DNA of 64,000 nt. Origin: a virus. The number at the start of each line of letters is the position of its first letter. The stretch's first letter is position 1. The notes under the pieces were generated by a model. The model was not told the DNA's origin, ran no database searches, and was given only the letters and a program-made list of their open reading frames with translations. The stretch is taken from the IMG/VR virus record IMGVR_UViG_3300016466_000859, positions 66,948 to 130,947 of that record; one strand, written 5' to 3'. Both the position numbers and the translations under genes were made by a program. Positions 35,850 through 44,424 of this stretch are shown one piece after another.

Positions 35850-37031
35850 TCAACCGCTAAAAGATTCCAACATACCTAACGCAGCCTTTTTGACACCGGG
35901 CTCCCAGGGATGGTATCCGACCCAATCTTGATCGTAATACAAGGGAGATACCGACAACGATCGCAGTTCAAAATCGGGACTTTTGGAAGCTATTTTGATC
36001 TTTTCGTTGGCATACATTTCATTTTTGTCAAACTCAAAGATATATTTTTTTGCCTCCCATTTGATACCGCGCTTGCCTTGATCTATATGTTTGAAATGAT
36101 TTTTGAGATTGCTATAGCTCCATTGCTGGAACTCATCGGTATTGAAATAGGTGTAATTGGCATAGTCAACACGATGTTTGCGATCAATGGGTGCTTTGTA
36201 ATCTTTTCGTAGATGCATGAACGGGCGCACGATTGCAGTAGGCCATTTGAAATTGAAATAGTGCCACCACCACCAGTCAGTTATAGTCGTGACATTTTCG
36301 GGATTGACTTCTTCGAGATTGCGCGACGCCCTATCAACATACCATTGACCGAACCCAGCCTCTCTGTTGATCGATCGATCCATGTCAAAGAATTCTGATA
36401 TAAGATGTAGATTCTCGCGCCATGGAAAATTGTGTCGACCGGTATCAAAGAGATGGCGGAACGCCGGAGAAGTTGGGCCAAACACGCAATCCCCGGGATC
36501 GCCATGAATCAACATATACTTTTCCAAGGTCGTGTTACACATGTCAAATTCTGACAGGTGTAGACATTTTAGTTTTGACGAAATAAAGTTTTTGTAAAAA
36601 TCAAAATTTTCAATGATAGATTCTGTACTGAGTACAATTTCGAGATTGTCAAGATCGGCGGCTGAAATATTTTTCAAGAACGATACCAACACAGCAGTAG
36701 AATCTATACCACCGCTCCACATCAAGGCTATTTTCTTCTTGGATCGTTTTGCCAACTCATTGAGCTCGATTGCACGCTGATCAAATAGATCTGAAAGCTT
36801 ATAGTCTACGAATTTAAGTTCCGGCATGGGATACATGTCATCAACTGGGGCCTGCCACGGAGTGTTGAACTTCCCTTTTCGAGCTCGAAGATCTTTGGCA
36901 CCGATCACAAGATGTGCAAATTTGCTCCAATAATGTCCATTGGGATTTTGTATCCGCGAATGTGTGTTAAAGTCAGCTATTAGATGATTATCAACCGCGA
37001 TGCTGTTGCGGAGTCCCTCGACGTGATTCAC
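35850..37031 (-). CDS. PP-loop ATP pyrophosphatase (Asn-synthetase-C-like), copy 3
   Basis: MWSGGIDST, HGDPGDC, DWWWWHYFNFKW, EFQQWSY; GTGA overlap with the partner stop codon. Confidence 0.82.
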   Translation of the reverse strand: MNHVEGLRNSIAVDNHLIADFNTHSRIQNPNGHYWSKFAHLVIGAKDLRARKGKFNTPWQAPVDDMYPMPELKFVDYKLSDLFDQRAIELNELAKRSKKKIALMWSGGIDSTAVLVSFLKNISAADLDNLEIVLSTESIIENFDFYKNFISSKLKCLHLSEFDMCNTTLEKYMLIHGDPGDCVFGPTSPAFRHLFDTGRHNFPWRENLHLISEFFDMDRSINREAGFGQWYVDRASRNLEEVNPENVTTITDWWWWHYFNFKWPTAIVRPFMHLRKDYKAPIDRKHRVDYANYTYFNTDEFQQWSYSNLKNHFKHIDQGKRGIKWEAKKYIFEFDKNEMYANEKIKIASKSPDFELRSLSVSPLYYDQDWVGYHPWEPGVKKAALGMLESFSG

Positions 37032-37705
37032 GCGATTTCCTTGCAAAATTTATCTATAGACTCACGGAAAAAATAAGATTTCATTGGAATCAGTTGTGCT
37101 TGGGTAACAAGATCTTGTTTTATTTCGTTTGTTGGCTTGCTATAATCTATCTTCAATAGTATTTCGAATATTTCGGCCGAGAACGAATCAAATATATCGA
37201 GTACACGGTATTTGTTTTTTATTTCTTTTTCAATGATTGATCTAATCTGTTGATCTTTTGGCATTAAAGTCGACACGAATTTTTTAAAAGATCTTAGGCC
37301 CTTTTCCAAGAACTCCACTTGCGAAAGCTCCTTGCTGACGGTCTGATTTTTGATTTTTTCCAAAAGCAAAATCACGTCCGATAGGAATAACAAGGTTTTT
37401 TGCGAGCAAAGGTCTTTGTCATTGACAGGAACGGTGTTGACGATCAGTCGATATGAAGGATTAGTCACATACATGTCGACTTCGATTCGCATTTTTTCTC
37501 CGGTGGCAATACCAATGGTGAGGCAATTGCCGGTGGTAAGTAAGTTCGTTCGGTAGTTCGAGATGCCGCTGAGATTGACCATATAAAGCAATTCGTGATT
37601 CATGGTCAAGAACTGTATTTGCTTTAGTACCTCATAATCCTTGCTTACCAAAATAAATCTATTTTTTTGCGAACTGAAAAGCCCGAAGTCAGGATCTTTC
37701 GTCAT
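37028..37705 (-). CDS. Unknown partner protein, copy 3
   Basis: FGLFSSQKNRFILVSKDYEVLKQIQ, homologous to the other two partners. Confidence 0.75.
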   Translation of the reverse strand: MTKDPDFGLFSSQKNRFILVSKDYEVLKQIQFLTMNHELLYMVNLSGISNYRTNLLTTGNCLTIGIATGEKMRIEVDMYVTNPSYRLIVNTVPVNDKDLCSQKTLLFLSDVILLLEKIKNQTVSKELSQVEFLEKGLRSFKKFVSTLMPKDQQIRSIIEKEIKNKYRVLDIFDSFSAEIFEILLKIDYSKPTNEIKQDLVTQAQLIPMKSYFFRESIDKFCKEIA

Positions 37706-37707
37706 GA

Positions 37708-38874
37708 TCAGCCTTTGTAAGTTTCTAGCAAATAAAAAGATTCGTCGTCGAGACTTCCTTCCCAACGATAATATCCTATCCAATTTTCGTCGTAGCATAT
37801 AGGTAGATCAGAAGTACCTCTCATCACCGAATTACCCGGCGCTCCTGACATCTTGGTCTTGTTTTTAAAGTACAATTCGTTTTTGTCAAACTCGTAGATA
37901 TATCTTCGAGCTTCAATTTTATGAGTACTTAGGTCTTTGCCGACGAGATTTTTAAGATTGGTATAACTCCAATTCTGGAATTCGGGTGTATTGTAAAAAG
38001 TTGTGTTGGCAAAATCTTTTTGATTTTCTTTACTGATACCGATTTTAAAGTCGTTGCGACTAAATGTAAAAGGTCGTTGGCAGCTGAATTCCCATTTGAA
38101 ATTGTAATAGGTCCACCACCACCAATCGGATACTGTTGTGACATTCGCCGGATTGACTTCCTTGAGATTGGCCGTGACTTTTTCAACCCACCATTTACCA
38201 AATCCTTCGACATAATGAGGAGCCCCTTCAGATGGTTGTATGAGCTCGGCCATACGATCTAGATGTTTTTCGTAGGGTTCAAGATGTTGCCCAGAATCGA
38301 TCAAAGGACGATAAGCGGGTGTCGACGGACCATAGATACAATCTGCAGGATCTCCGTGTATGATTATATTCTTGGAGAGAACATCATCATTCATGTCTAA
38401 CTTAGTATAGTTCATACAAGCGATCTTGTTAGAAATAAATTTTTGATAGAACTCGATATTCTCAATTATGGAGTTAGTGTTCATCACTATCACGAGATTG
38501 TCTAGATCTTGTTTAGACCAGTTTTTTATCAATGACACAAGCACCGTGGTTGAATCTATACCACCACTCCATAGAGCCATGACTTTTTTTCCTTGGAGTT
38601 TTGATATCGCTAGAATTTCTAACGCACGTTGGTCCAATAGGTCACTGAGGCTATTTGTGTTTTCTCGGAACTCCGGTGCAGCATAGAGTGGATTACTCGG
38701 TGCACCCCACGGAGTAATGAAAGTTCCTTGTCTGGCCCGCAGGTCATGGGCACCGATAATATGATTGATCGTGCCTTTCCAACGTAGTCCGTGTATGTTA
38801 CGACGCCGTCGATTGAGATTTATATATCTCACATCGGCCATTATACTATTTTTAAGAGCAGCAGGTCTAATCAT
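37708..38874 (-). CDS. PP-loop ATP pyrophosphatase (Asn-synthetase-C-like), copy 2
   Basis: LWSGGIDST, HGDPADC, DWWWWTYYNFKW, EFQNWSY. Confidence 0.85.
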   Translation of the reverse strand: MIRPAALKNSIMADVRYINLNRRRRNIHGLRWKGTINHIIGAHDLRARQGTFITPWGAPSNPLYAAPEFRENTNSLSDLLDQRALEILAISKLQGKKVMALWSGGIDSTTVLVSLIKNWSKQDLDNLVIVMNTNSIIENIEFYQKFISNKIACMNYTKLDMNDDVLSKNIIIHGDPADCIYGPSTPAYRPLIDSGQHLEPYEKHLDRMAELIQPSEGAPHYVEGFGKWWVEKVTANLKEVNPANVTTVSDWWWWTYYNFKWEFSCQRPFTFSRNDFKIGISKENQKDFANTTFYNTPEFQNWSYTNLKNLVGKDLSTHKIEARRYIYEFDKNELYFKNKTKMSGAPGNSVMRGTSDLPICYDENWIGYYRWEGSLDDESFYLLETYKG

Positions 38875-39581
38875 AAGTGTGTCAACATGAGTTTTTTTAC
38901 TATGTCTCCGAGGAAAATTTTATCTGATGTGTTCGACAAGTATTCCCGATTACCAAAGCTAAAAGATTCAATCATTTTTTTCAAAGACTGAGTAGCATCG
39001 TCACGGAAAAAATCTATATCCATGATGCTTTTAAAAATCTCGGACTTCAGTGGTCTTGCTCGCTGTATAGATTTCTGTCTTTCTTCGATGTCTGCTGCGA
39101 TAAATTCTTCAAATACTTTATCGTTGGGTATCACGGTATTTAAAAATGATTTCAGCTCTAGCAATCCCGAAATTTCGTCTTGATATCTCTCAATCTCTTT
39201 ATTTTCAAAGTCCTTGAAAAATTTTTCAACAGGTCCAAGTAGTTTTTGTAAACTTACAAGGTTGTCTCTGAGTATTTTGTTGTGAGGTCTTTTTGATTTT
39301 GTGATCCCGCATCCGTAGATTCCGGGGTCGCTATCGAATCTAATGTACTTGATCATCGGAGCCGATACTCCAAACTGATGACAGTTTTCATTGTTGATGT
39401 CACCAATGGCGTCGACGCCTGGTAATTTAGAGATGTTAATACAGTAAAAAAACTTTTGCTTGATCAACAATATCTGTATCAATTTGATGAGTTGATAATT
39501 TTTTTCTACGATATAAAATGAATTATCTCGACTATCGAGCAAACCATAGAGATCTTTTTCGTTTTCTAACATGGAAATCAT
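38871..39581 (-). CDS. Unknown partner protein, copy 2
   Basis: YGLLDSRDNSFYIVEKNYQLIKLIQ; ATGA coupling at both ends. Confidence 0.78.
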   Translation of the reverse strand: MISMLENEKDLYGLLDSRDNSFYIVEKNYQLIKLIQILLIKQKFFYCINISKLPGVDAIGDINNENCHQFGVSAPMIKYIRFDSDPGIYGCGITKSKRPHNKILRDNLVSLQKLLGPVEKFFKDFENKEIERYQDEISGLLELKSFLNTVIPNDKVFEEFIAADIEERQKSIQRARPLKSEIFKSIMDIDFFRDDATQSLKKMIESFSFGNREYLSNTSDKIFLGDIVKKLMLTHL

Positions 39582-40780
39582 CCTTGGAAATCATTAAGGC
39601 AATCTAGCATGGAGTCCTTCACTAAAGGATCCTCCCAATGGTATCCTACCCAGTTTTCATCAAATAATACAGGAACACCCCGATAATGTAAATCGATATG
39701 ATTGGTAACTCGGCTGGCCTGGAATTTTTTCTTGTTATGATATGTATAGTCTCCGTTGAAATCCAGGATATATTTTTTTACTTCTGGTTTATATGCGTCC
39801 GCTGGATTTTTGCCAATCAGACGATGTAGGTTGGTATAGCTCCAGTCTTGGAACTCTTGTGACGAATAAAACGTATTCCGAGAAAAAAACTCATAATTTG
39901 ATTTTGATATCGGTTTAGAATAGTTCTTGCGGCACCAGGCCAATGGACGCACGATGCTTCCGTACCATTTAAAATTGAAATATTGCCACCACCACCAATC
40001 GCATACAGTTTCAACCCCATCAAAAGAAAGCTCGTCGATCACGGAAGATATTTTATCTATGTACCATTCGCCGATGTTGACAGTACCAGGATAATTAGGG
40101 ACCTGTTCGTTGATGGATCTTATCATTGAGTCCCTGTGATGTTTCCATGGCTCGAGATGTCGTTCATTTTGAGCGAGTTTGGCATACATCATTCCGCTGG
40201 GTCCGTACAAACAATTGGCAGGATCGCCATGCAGAATGATATTCTTGTCAAGGAAGTCGTTATTAACATCGACGTCAAGCCAATTCACTATCTTTAGTTT
40301 TTTAGAAATATAACTTTGATAAAATATTGGGTTTTCGACGAAGCTGTTGACACTCATCGCAATGATAATTTTTTCTTGGTCCGCCCGGGAAAGATTCTTT
40401 AAAAATGCTGTCAACATCGAAGTCGAGTCTACGCCACCGCTCCACTGTATCACGATATTTTTATTTGTTTTCACAGCGATATCAAATATCTCTAGTGCCC
40501 GCTGATCATAGATTTCGCTCAACTTGAGAGAAGTGTGCTGCGGTAACCTGGTTACAAACGATCGATCTATGGGGGCGTTCCATGGAGTAGAAAAAGATCC
40601 GTATCTAGCTCGGATATCTAAGGTCATAGGGATCAGCGAAAAAATCGAAAGCCATTCTGAGCCTGCTCTTGAAAGAGAGATCTTTTCTGTCTTTTGTATA
40701 TTGTGTCTCATGATTAAATTTCTCAATGCGGCATTGTCAATGAACGCACTTGTTGAAATAATTTTTTTAAAATCAATCAT
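39578..40780 (-). CDS. PP-loop ATP pyrophosphatase (Asn-synthetase-C-like), copy 1
   Basis: QWSGGVDST, HGDPANC, DWWWWQYFNFKW, EFQDWSY. Confidence 0.85.
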   Translation of the reverse strand: MIDFKKIISTSAFIDNAALRNLIMRHNIQKTEKISLSRAGSEWLSIFSLIPMTLDIRARYGSFSTPWNAPIDRSFVTRLPQHTSLKLSEIYDQRALEIFDIAVKTNKNIVIQWSGGVDSTSMLTAFLKNLSRADQEKIIIAMSVNSFVENPIFYQSYISKKLKIVNWLDVDVNNDFLDKNIILHGDPANCLYGPSGMMYAKLAQNERHLEPWKHHRDSMIRSINEQVPNYPGTVNIGEWYIDKISSVIDELSFDGVETVCDWWWWQYFNFKWYGSIVRPLAWCRKNYSKPISKSNYEFFSRNTFYSSQEFQDWSYTNLHRLIGKNPADAYKPEVKKYILDFNGDYTYHNKKKFQASRVTNHIDLHYRGVPVLFDENWVGYHWEDPLVKDSMLDCLNDFQG

Positions 40781-41583
40781 TTTAGTAACAATAATAAACC
40801 TGTGCTTAGTTTTTCTTTCAAGACTTGCTGTGCTATATGATAATTGCTTTTTGAAATTAATCTTTCACATAAGTTCATATCGAGTCTTTTGTTGGTAGAC
40901 TGTATCTTTCTGACTTCTAGAGAATACTTGCCTAAATCGATTCCTTCTATCTTTTTTTGTAAACTATTTTTAAAATCTTGTATCGGTTGATCGTAGTCAA
41001 CAAAGATCAGCGCCCGCAATATTTTTTTTCTAAACTCTTTTATTTCACCAATCGCGAATGATAGTTCTTGTGTGTCTCTGTCAGCAATTTTATTAAAGTC
41101 TTGATCATCAAATACATCACTGACAAAATCGCGAGCAATCTCTAATCCTTTTATTTCTTGTTGCCAATCATTGGTCAATATTTCTGTGTATTCTCTGTAT
41201 CTTTCCTCGAGCATTTTGATTACTTGATAGCAAAGGAACAGCTTGTTTTGTAGTTCTAGATCGTTTGCCTTGGGCAGGGAATCTTTTTTTATCAATGACT
41301 GGCCTTTTAATTTTTTGAGTTCAACGTCGAGCTCGAGATGCAATCTTCGAGCATTTGACAAAGTGTACATTAAACAGTTGGAATTGTCTATGGCCGAATC
41401 GTGAGTTAATTGGCTGAGATCAGCGATGTAAAACAGCTCAGATCTCATGATGCAGAGTTGCAAGAGCTTTAAATGCCGATAGTCATTTGACAGCAGGTAC
41501 AGCCGATCAAGGCTCGGCGAGATCAGCCCATACCATTTTTTTGGTTGGTAAGAACCATTGAAAAAATATTTTTGAGGTATCAT
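40777..41583 (-). CDS. Unknown partner protein, copy 1
   Basis: YGLISPSLDRLYLLSNDYRHLKLLQ; TAAATA at 41589-41594, 5 nt before ATG. Confidence 0.78.
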   Translation of the reverse strand: MIPQKYFFNGSYQPKKWYGLISPSLDRLYLLSNDYRHLKLLQLCIMRSELFYIADLSQLTHDSAIDNSNCLMYTLSNARRLHLELDVELKKLKGQSLIKKDSLPKANDLELQNKLFLCYQVIKMLEERYREYTEILTNDWQQEIKGLEIARDFVSDVFDDQDFNKIADRDTQELSFAIGEIKEFRKKILRALIFVDYDQPIQDFKNSLQKKIEGIDLGKYSLEVRKIQSTNKRLDMNLCERLISKSNYHIAQQVLKEKLSTGLLLLLK

Positions 41584-41620
41584 CTAGGTATTTAATAATA
41601 TCTCTGGTACCCCATTTTTT

Positions 41621-41782
41621 TCACCAGTGGTGGATAACACCCGCTATGATAAACAAGTTTGTGATCACATATAAAAGCACGATTCCAGTACGTACCAGTG
41701 CTATGTAATCTGCTTCAAGATTGTTTTCACTGCCCTTTGGACCGAGAGACTTGGCCCAAACACGCCATATGTGTCTGATCAT
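41621..41782 (-). CDS. Small membrane protein, 53 aa (not in ORF track)
   Basis: MIRHIWRVWAKSLGPKGSENNLEADYIALVRTGIVLLYVITNLFIIAGVIHHW; resembles a small protein common in T4-like aquatic phages (recollection). Confidence 0.7.
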   Translation of the reverse strand: MIRHIWRVWAKSLGPKGSENNLEADYIALVRTGIVLLYVITNLFIIAGVIHHW

Positions 41783-41798
41783 TTTAGCTCATATTCGC

Positions 41799-41885
41799 TC
41801 ATGGTAAGTTGACCCAGATCGCTGCAAACATCAAAGCAATCCAGGCCAATCCAAACAAGAGATTTATTTTATGTCGCGATTTCAA
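41799..41885 (-). CDS. Possible 28-aa membrane peptide
   Basis: TTG start overlapping the aceA stop: [28 protein letters not shown]. Confidence 0.35.
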   Translation of the reverse strand: MKSRHKINLLFGLAWIALMFAAIWVNLP

Positions 41886-43168
41886 TGGAACTGTTCTTCT
41901 TCAGTGGAACCTTTGAGTGCCTGGGTAGAAGCATCGGCTTCAATGGTGGTGGTCACAGCGTCAAAGTAAGATGTGCCTACTTCTCTTTGGTGCTTGACAG
42001 CTTCGAAACCACGGCCCGCATCAGCAAACTCGCGTTCTTGTAGCTCCACGAAAGCAGACATGCCATCCCTAGCATAACCATGAGCAAGGTCAAACATACT
42101 ATGATTAAGAGCATGGAATCCAGCAAGTGTGATGAATTGAAAACGGTAGCCCATTGCTCCAAGTTCACGTTGGAAACGGCTAATTGTGTCTGCATCTAGA
42201 TTTTTCCTCCAATTGAATGATGGTGAGCAGTTGTAGGCCAGCATCTTGCCGGGGTAGTGTCGTTGTATACCTTCGGCAAATCTGCGTGCGAAGTCGAGGT
42301 CTGGAGTTCCGGTTTCACACCACAGCAAATCGCAATAAGGTGCATAGGCAATCCCTCGTGCCAATGCCTGATCAAAACCTTTGCGAGTGCGATAAAATCC
42401 TTCCACGGTGCGTTCGCCAGTTAAGAAAGGTCGATCATTCTCATCAATATCAGATGTAACTAAGTCTGCAGCTTCGGCGTCGGTACGAGCGAGCAATACT
42501 GTAGGTACCCCCATGACGTCGGCAGCCAATCTCGCGGCAATCAGTTTGTTGACAGCTTCACGAGTAGGCACCAAAACTTTACCACCCATGTGACCGCATT
42601 TTTTCACTGAAGCGAGTTGATCTTCGAAGTGTACTCCTGCGGCACCAGCTTCGATCATGGCTTTCATCAACTCGAATGCGTTAAGCACACCGCCGAACCC
42701 AGCCTCGGCGTCGGCTACGATGGGAGCGAAGAAATCTCTGCTTCCGTTTTGTTCCATCCACTGTATCTGATCTGCACGGGTGAAGGTGGCATTTATTTTG
42801 CGTACCACTTCCGGTACCGAGTTTACTGGATATAAACTCTGATCGGGATACATTTCTCCAGCGGTGTTAGCATCGCCCGCTACCTGCCATCCCGAAAGGT
42901 ATATGGCCTTTAATCCTGCTTTAACTTGTTGTAAGGCCTGCATGCCAGTCAAAGCACCCAAGGTATTGACATAATCTTCTGTGTGTAACAGATTCCACAA
43001 CTTTTCGGCTCCGCGTTTGGCCAAGCTGTACTCAATGGGATTCGATCCTTGTAGGTTGATTACTTGCCGTGCGTCATAAGTGCGTTTGATTCCGGCCCAT
43101 CTCGGGTTGTCGCTCCAGTCTTTTTGCAGTTGATATGCTTTCCAATCGCGTGGCTTTTCCGTTGACAT
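41882..43168 (-). CDS. aceA: Isocitrate lyase
   Basis: [39 protein letters not shown] signature, [21 protein letters not shown]. Confidence 0.97.
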   Translation of the reverse strand: MSTEKPRDWKAYQLQKDWSDNPRWAGIKRTYDARQVINLQGSNPIEYSLAKRGAEKLWNLLHTEDYVNTLGALTGMQALQQVKAGLKAIYLSGWQVAGDANTAGEMYPDQSLYPVNSVPEVVRKINATFTRADQIQWMEQNGSRDFFAPIVADAEAGFGGVLNAFELMKAMIEAGAAGVHFEDQLASVKKCGHMGGKVLVPTREAVNKLIAARLAADVMGVPTVLLARTDAEAADLVTSDIDENDRPFLTGERTVEGFYRTRKGFDQALARGIAYAPYCDLLWCETGTPDLDFARRFAEGIQRHYPGKMLAYNCSPSFNWRKNLDADTISRFQRELGAMGYRFQFITLAGFHALNHSMFDLAHGYARDGMSAFVELQEREFADAGRGFEAVKHQREVGTSYFDAVTTTIEADASTQALKGSTEEEQFH

Positions 43169-43192
43169 GTCAATCTCCTTGTATTGATAAAG

Positions 43193-43213
43193 TATTTATG
43201 TTGCTATGCAACA
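43193..43213 (-). promoter_or_regulatory. PhaR-like palindrome fused to TAAATA box
   Basis: Minus strand TGTTGCATAGCAACA-TAAATA; perfect 6-3-6 inverted repeat. Confidence 0.72.
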
Positions 43214-43221
43214 CCTACACT

Positions 43222-43374
43222 TCAATGTTGGCCGTAGGGATTTTTACCGGAGTCGGGCCAAACTAGATAGATATCAGGATTTTGTGTATTGTCATCAGTT
43301 GTGGCATCAAGAATCGAGTCATTGGTGTCCTGGACACACATAGAAACACATTGAGATAAGTCATCTGACATCAT
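43222..43374 (-). CDS. 50-aa acidic peptide (not in ORF track)
   Basis: TAAATA 43404-43409, AGGA SD; MMSDDLSQCVSMCVQDTNDSILDATTDDNTQNPDIYLVWPDSGKNPYGQH. Confidence 0.5.
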   Translation of the reverse strand: MMSDDLSQCVSMCVQDTNDSILDATTDDNTQNPDIYLVWPDSGKNPYGQH

Positions 43375-43419
43375 TGATAAAAATTTTCCTATGTGATTTT
43401 AATTATTTACCAATGACTG

Positions 43420-43959
43420 TTATTGCACTTTGCCCCAACCGGTCTTGGCACGTATGGCAAACGCCAACTCTCTCATGCGACCGTATTCATCACTGCCTTT
43501 TGGGTGCGGCCCGGATTTTTTCAATGTATTATAGGCTTTGAGCAGTTCGGCCTTGGTCTTACCAGAGTATTTGCCACGTTCTTGAGGGCTCACCTGTGTC
43601 TCGGTACCCCATTTTTCGGACAGTGCTCGTGGATTTTTGGCCAACGCAATTCGATCGGCGTAGGTGACTCGGTCTTTGGGAGGAGCCATTTTAGCGAGCT
43701 GTTCTCGATCGATAGCTTCTTTGGGTTTCTTTTCTGGAAGACCTTTGTGCGGTGTCTTAGCGAAATCCTTGACATCGCTCTTCTTCATGGTGCGAGCAGT
43801 TTGTTTGAGCTCTTTGCTGGCACCAGGGATCTTCTCTCCTTTCTGTAAGGCATGTACCATGCCCATATATCTTTGCTGTGCTCGACTTACAGCACGCTCG
43901 GCCAATGTAATGGCCGCTCGAACTTCGAGCTCTTCGCTGACAAAATCTCGACTTTTCAT
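43420..43959 (-). CDS. Hypothetical basic protein (possible virion protein)
   Basis: GGAGG SD; AVSRAQQRYMGM...DFAKTPHKGLPEK block. Confidence 0.75.
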   Translation of the reverse strand: MKSRDFVSEELEVRAAITLAERAVSRAQQRYMGMVHALQKGEKIPGASKELKQTARTMKKSDVKDFAKTPHKGLPEKKPKEAIDREQLAKMAPPKDRVTYADRIALAKNPRALSEKWGTETQVSPQERGKYSGKTKAELLKAYNTLKKSGPHPKGSDEYGRMRELAFAIRAKTGWGKVQ

Positions 43960-43977
43960 TTCGCCCTCCTTGGCGTG

Positions 43978-44421
43978 TTATTTGAGACTGGCTCTCAACA
44001 TCCAGGAGTGTTTGCGGTGTGCGTCCATGCGTCCAGCAAGGAAGTCGGCTAGTCCTTCTTCACCGGCTTCGGTGGCCATGTCAAACACACGCTTGAGGAT
44101 CTTGACCATCTTGTCAGAGTCGTCGAGCAGTTCTTGGCACATGTCTTCGGCGGCCAGGATGGCAGTTTCATCGTCGACCATGCTGAGCATGCTGAAACGA
44201 GTGAATGACCCTGGTGTATAGGAATCCAGCTTGCGGATATTTTCTGCGAACAGGTCGATGCTGCCATAGACCTCTTCGTAGATGTCACCGAACAGTTCAT
44301 GGAACTGCGCGAAGTGTATGCCTTCCACATTCCAGTGAAAGTTGTGTGCTTTGAGATAAAACGCGAACTCAGATGAGAACGCGATCTTCATGGCTTTTTT
44401 GAGTTCGTCCATCTTAATCAA
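43978..44421 (-). CDS. dps: Dps/ferritin-like protein
   Basis: YLKAHNFHWNVEG, FHELF, DLFAENIR, KHSWML. Confidence 0.92.
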   Translation of the reverse strand: MIKMDELKKAMKIAFSSEFAFYLKAHNFHWNVEGIHFAQFHELFGDIYEEVYGSIDLFAENIRKLDSYTPGSFTRFSMLSMVDDETAILAAEDMCQELLDDSDKMVKILKRVFDMATEAGEEGLADFLAGRMDAHRKHSWMLRASLK

Positions 44422-44424
44422 TCC

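Noticed and set aside
35850-40780. Calling the three SGGxDS proteins QueC (to complete the deazaguanine pathway)
   Set aside because: They are ~390 aa, lack the QueC C-terminal Cys zinc motif, are triplicated with dedicated partners and lie away from the que genes; cannot be excluded biochemically but unsupported
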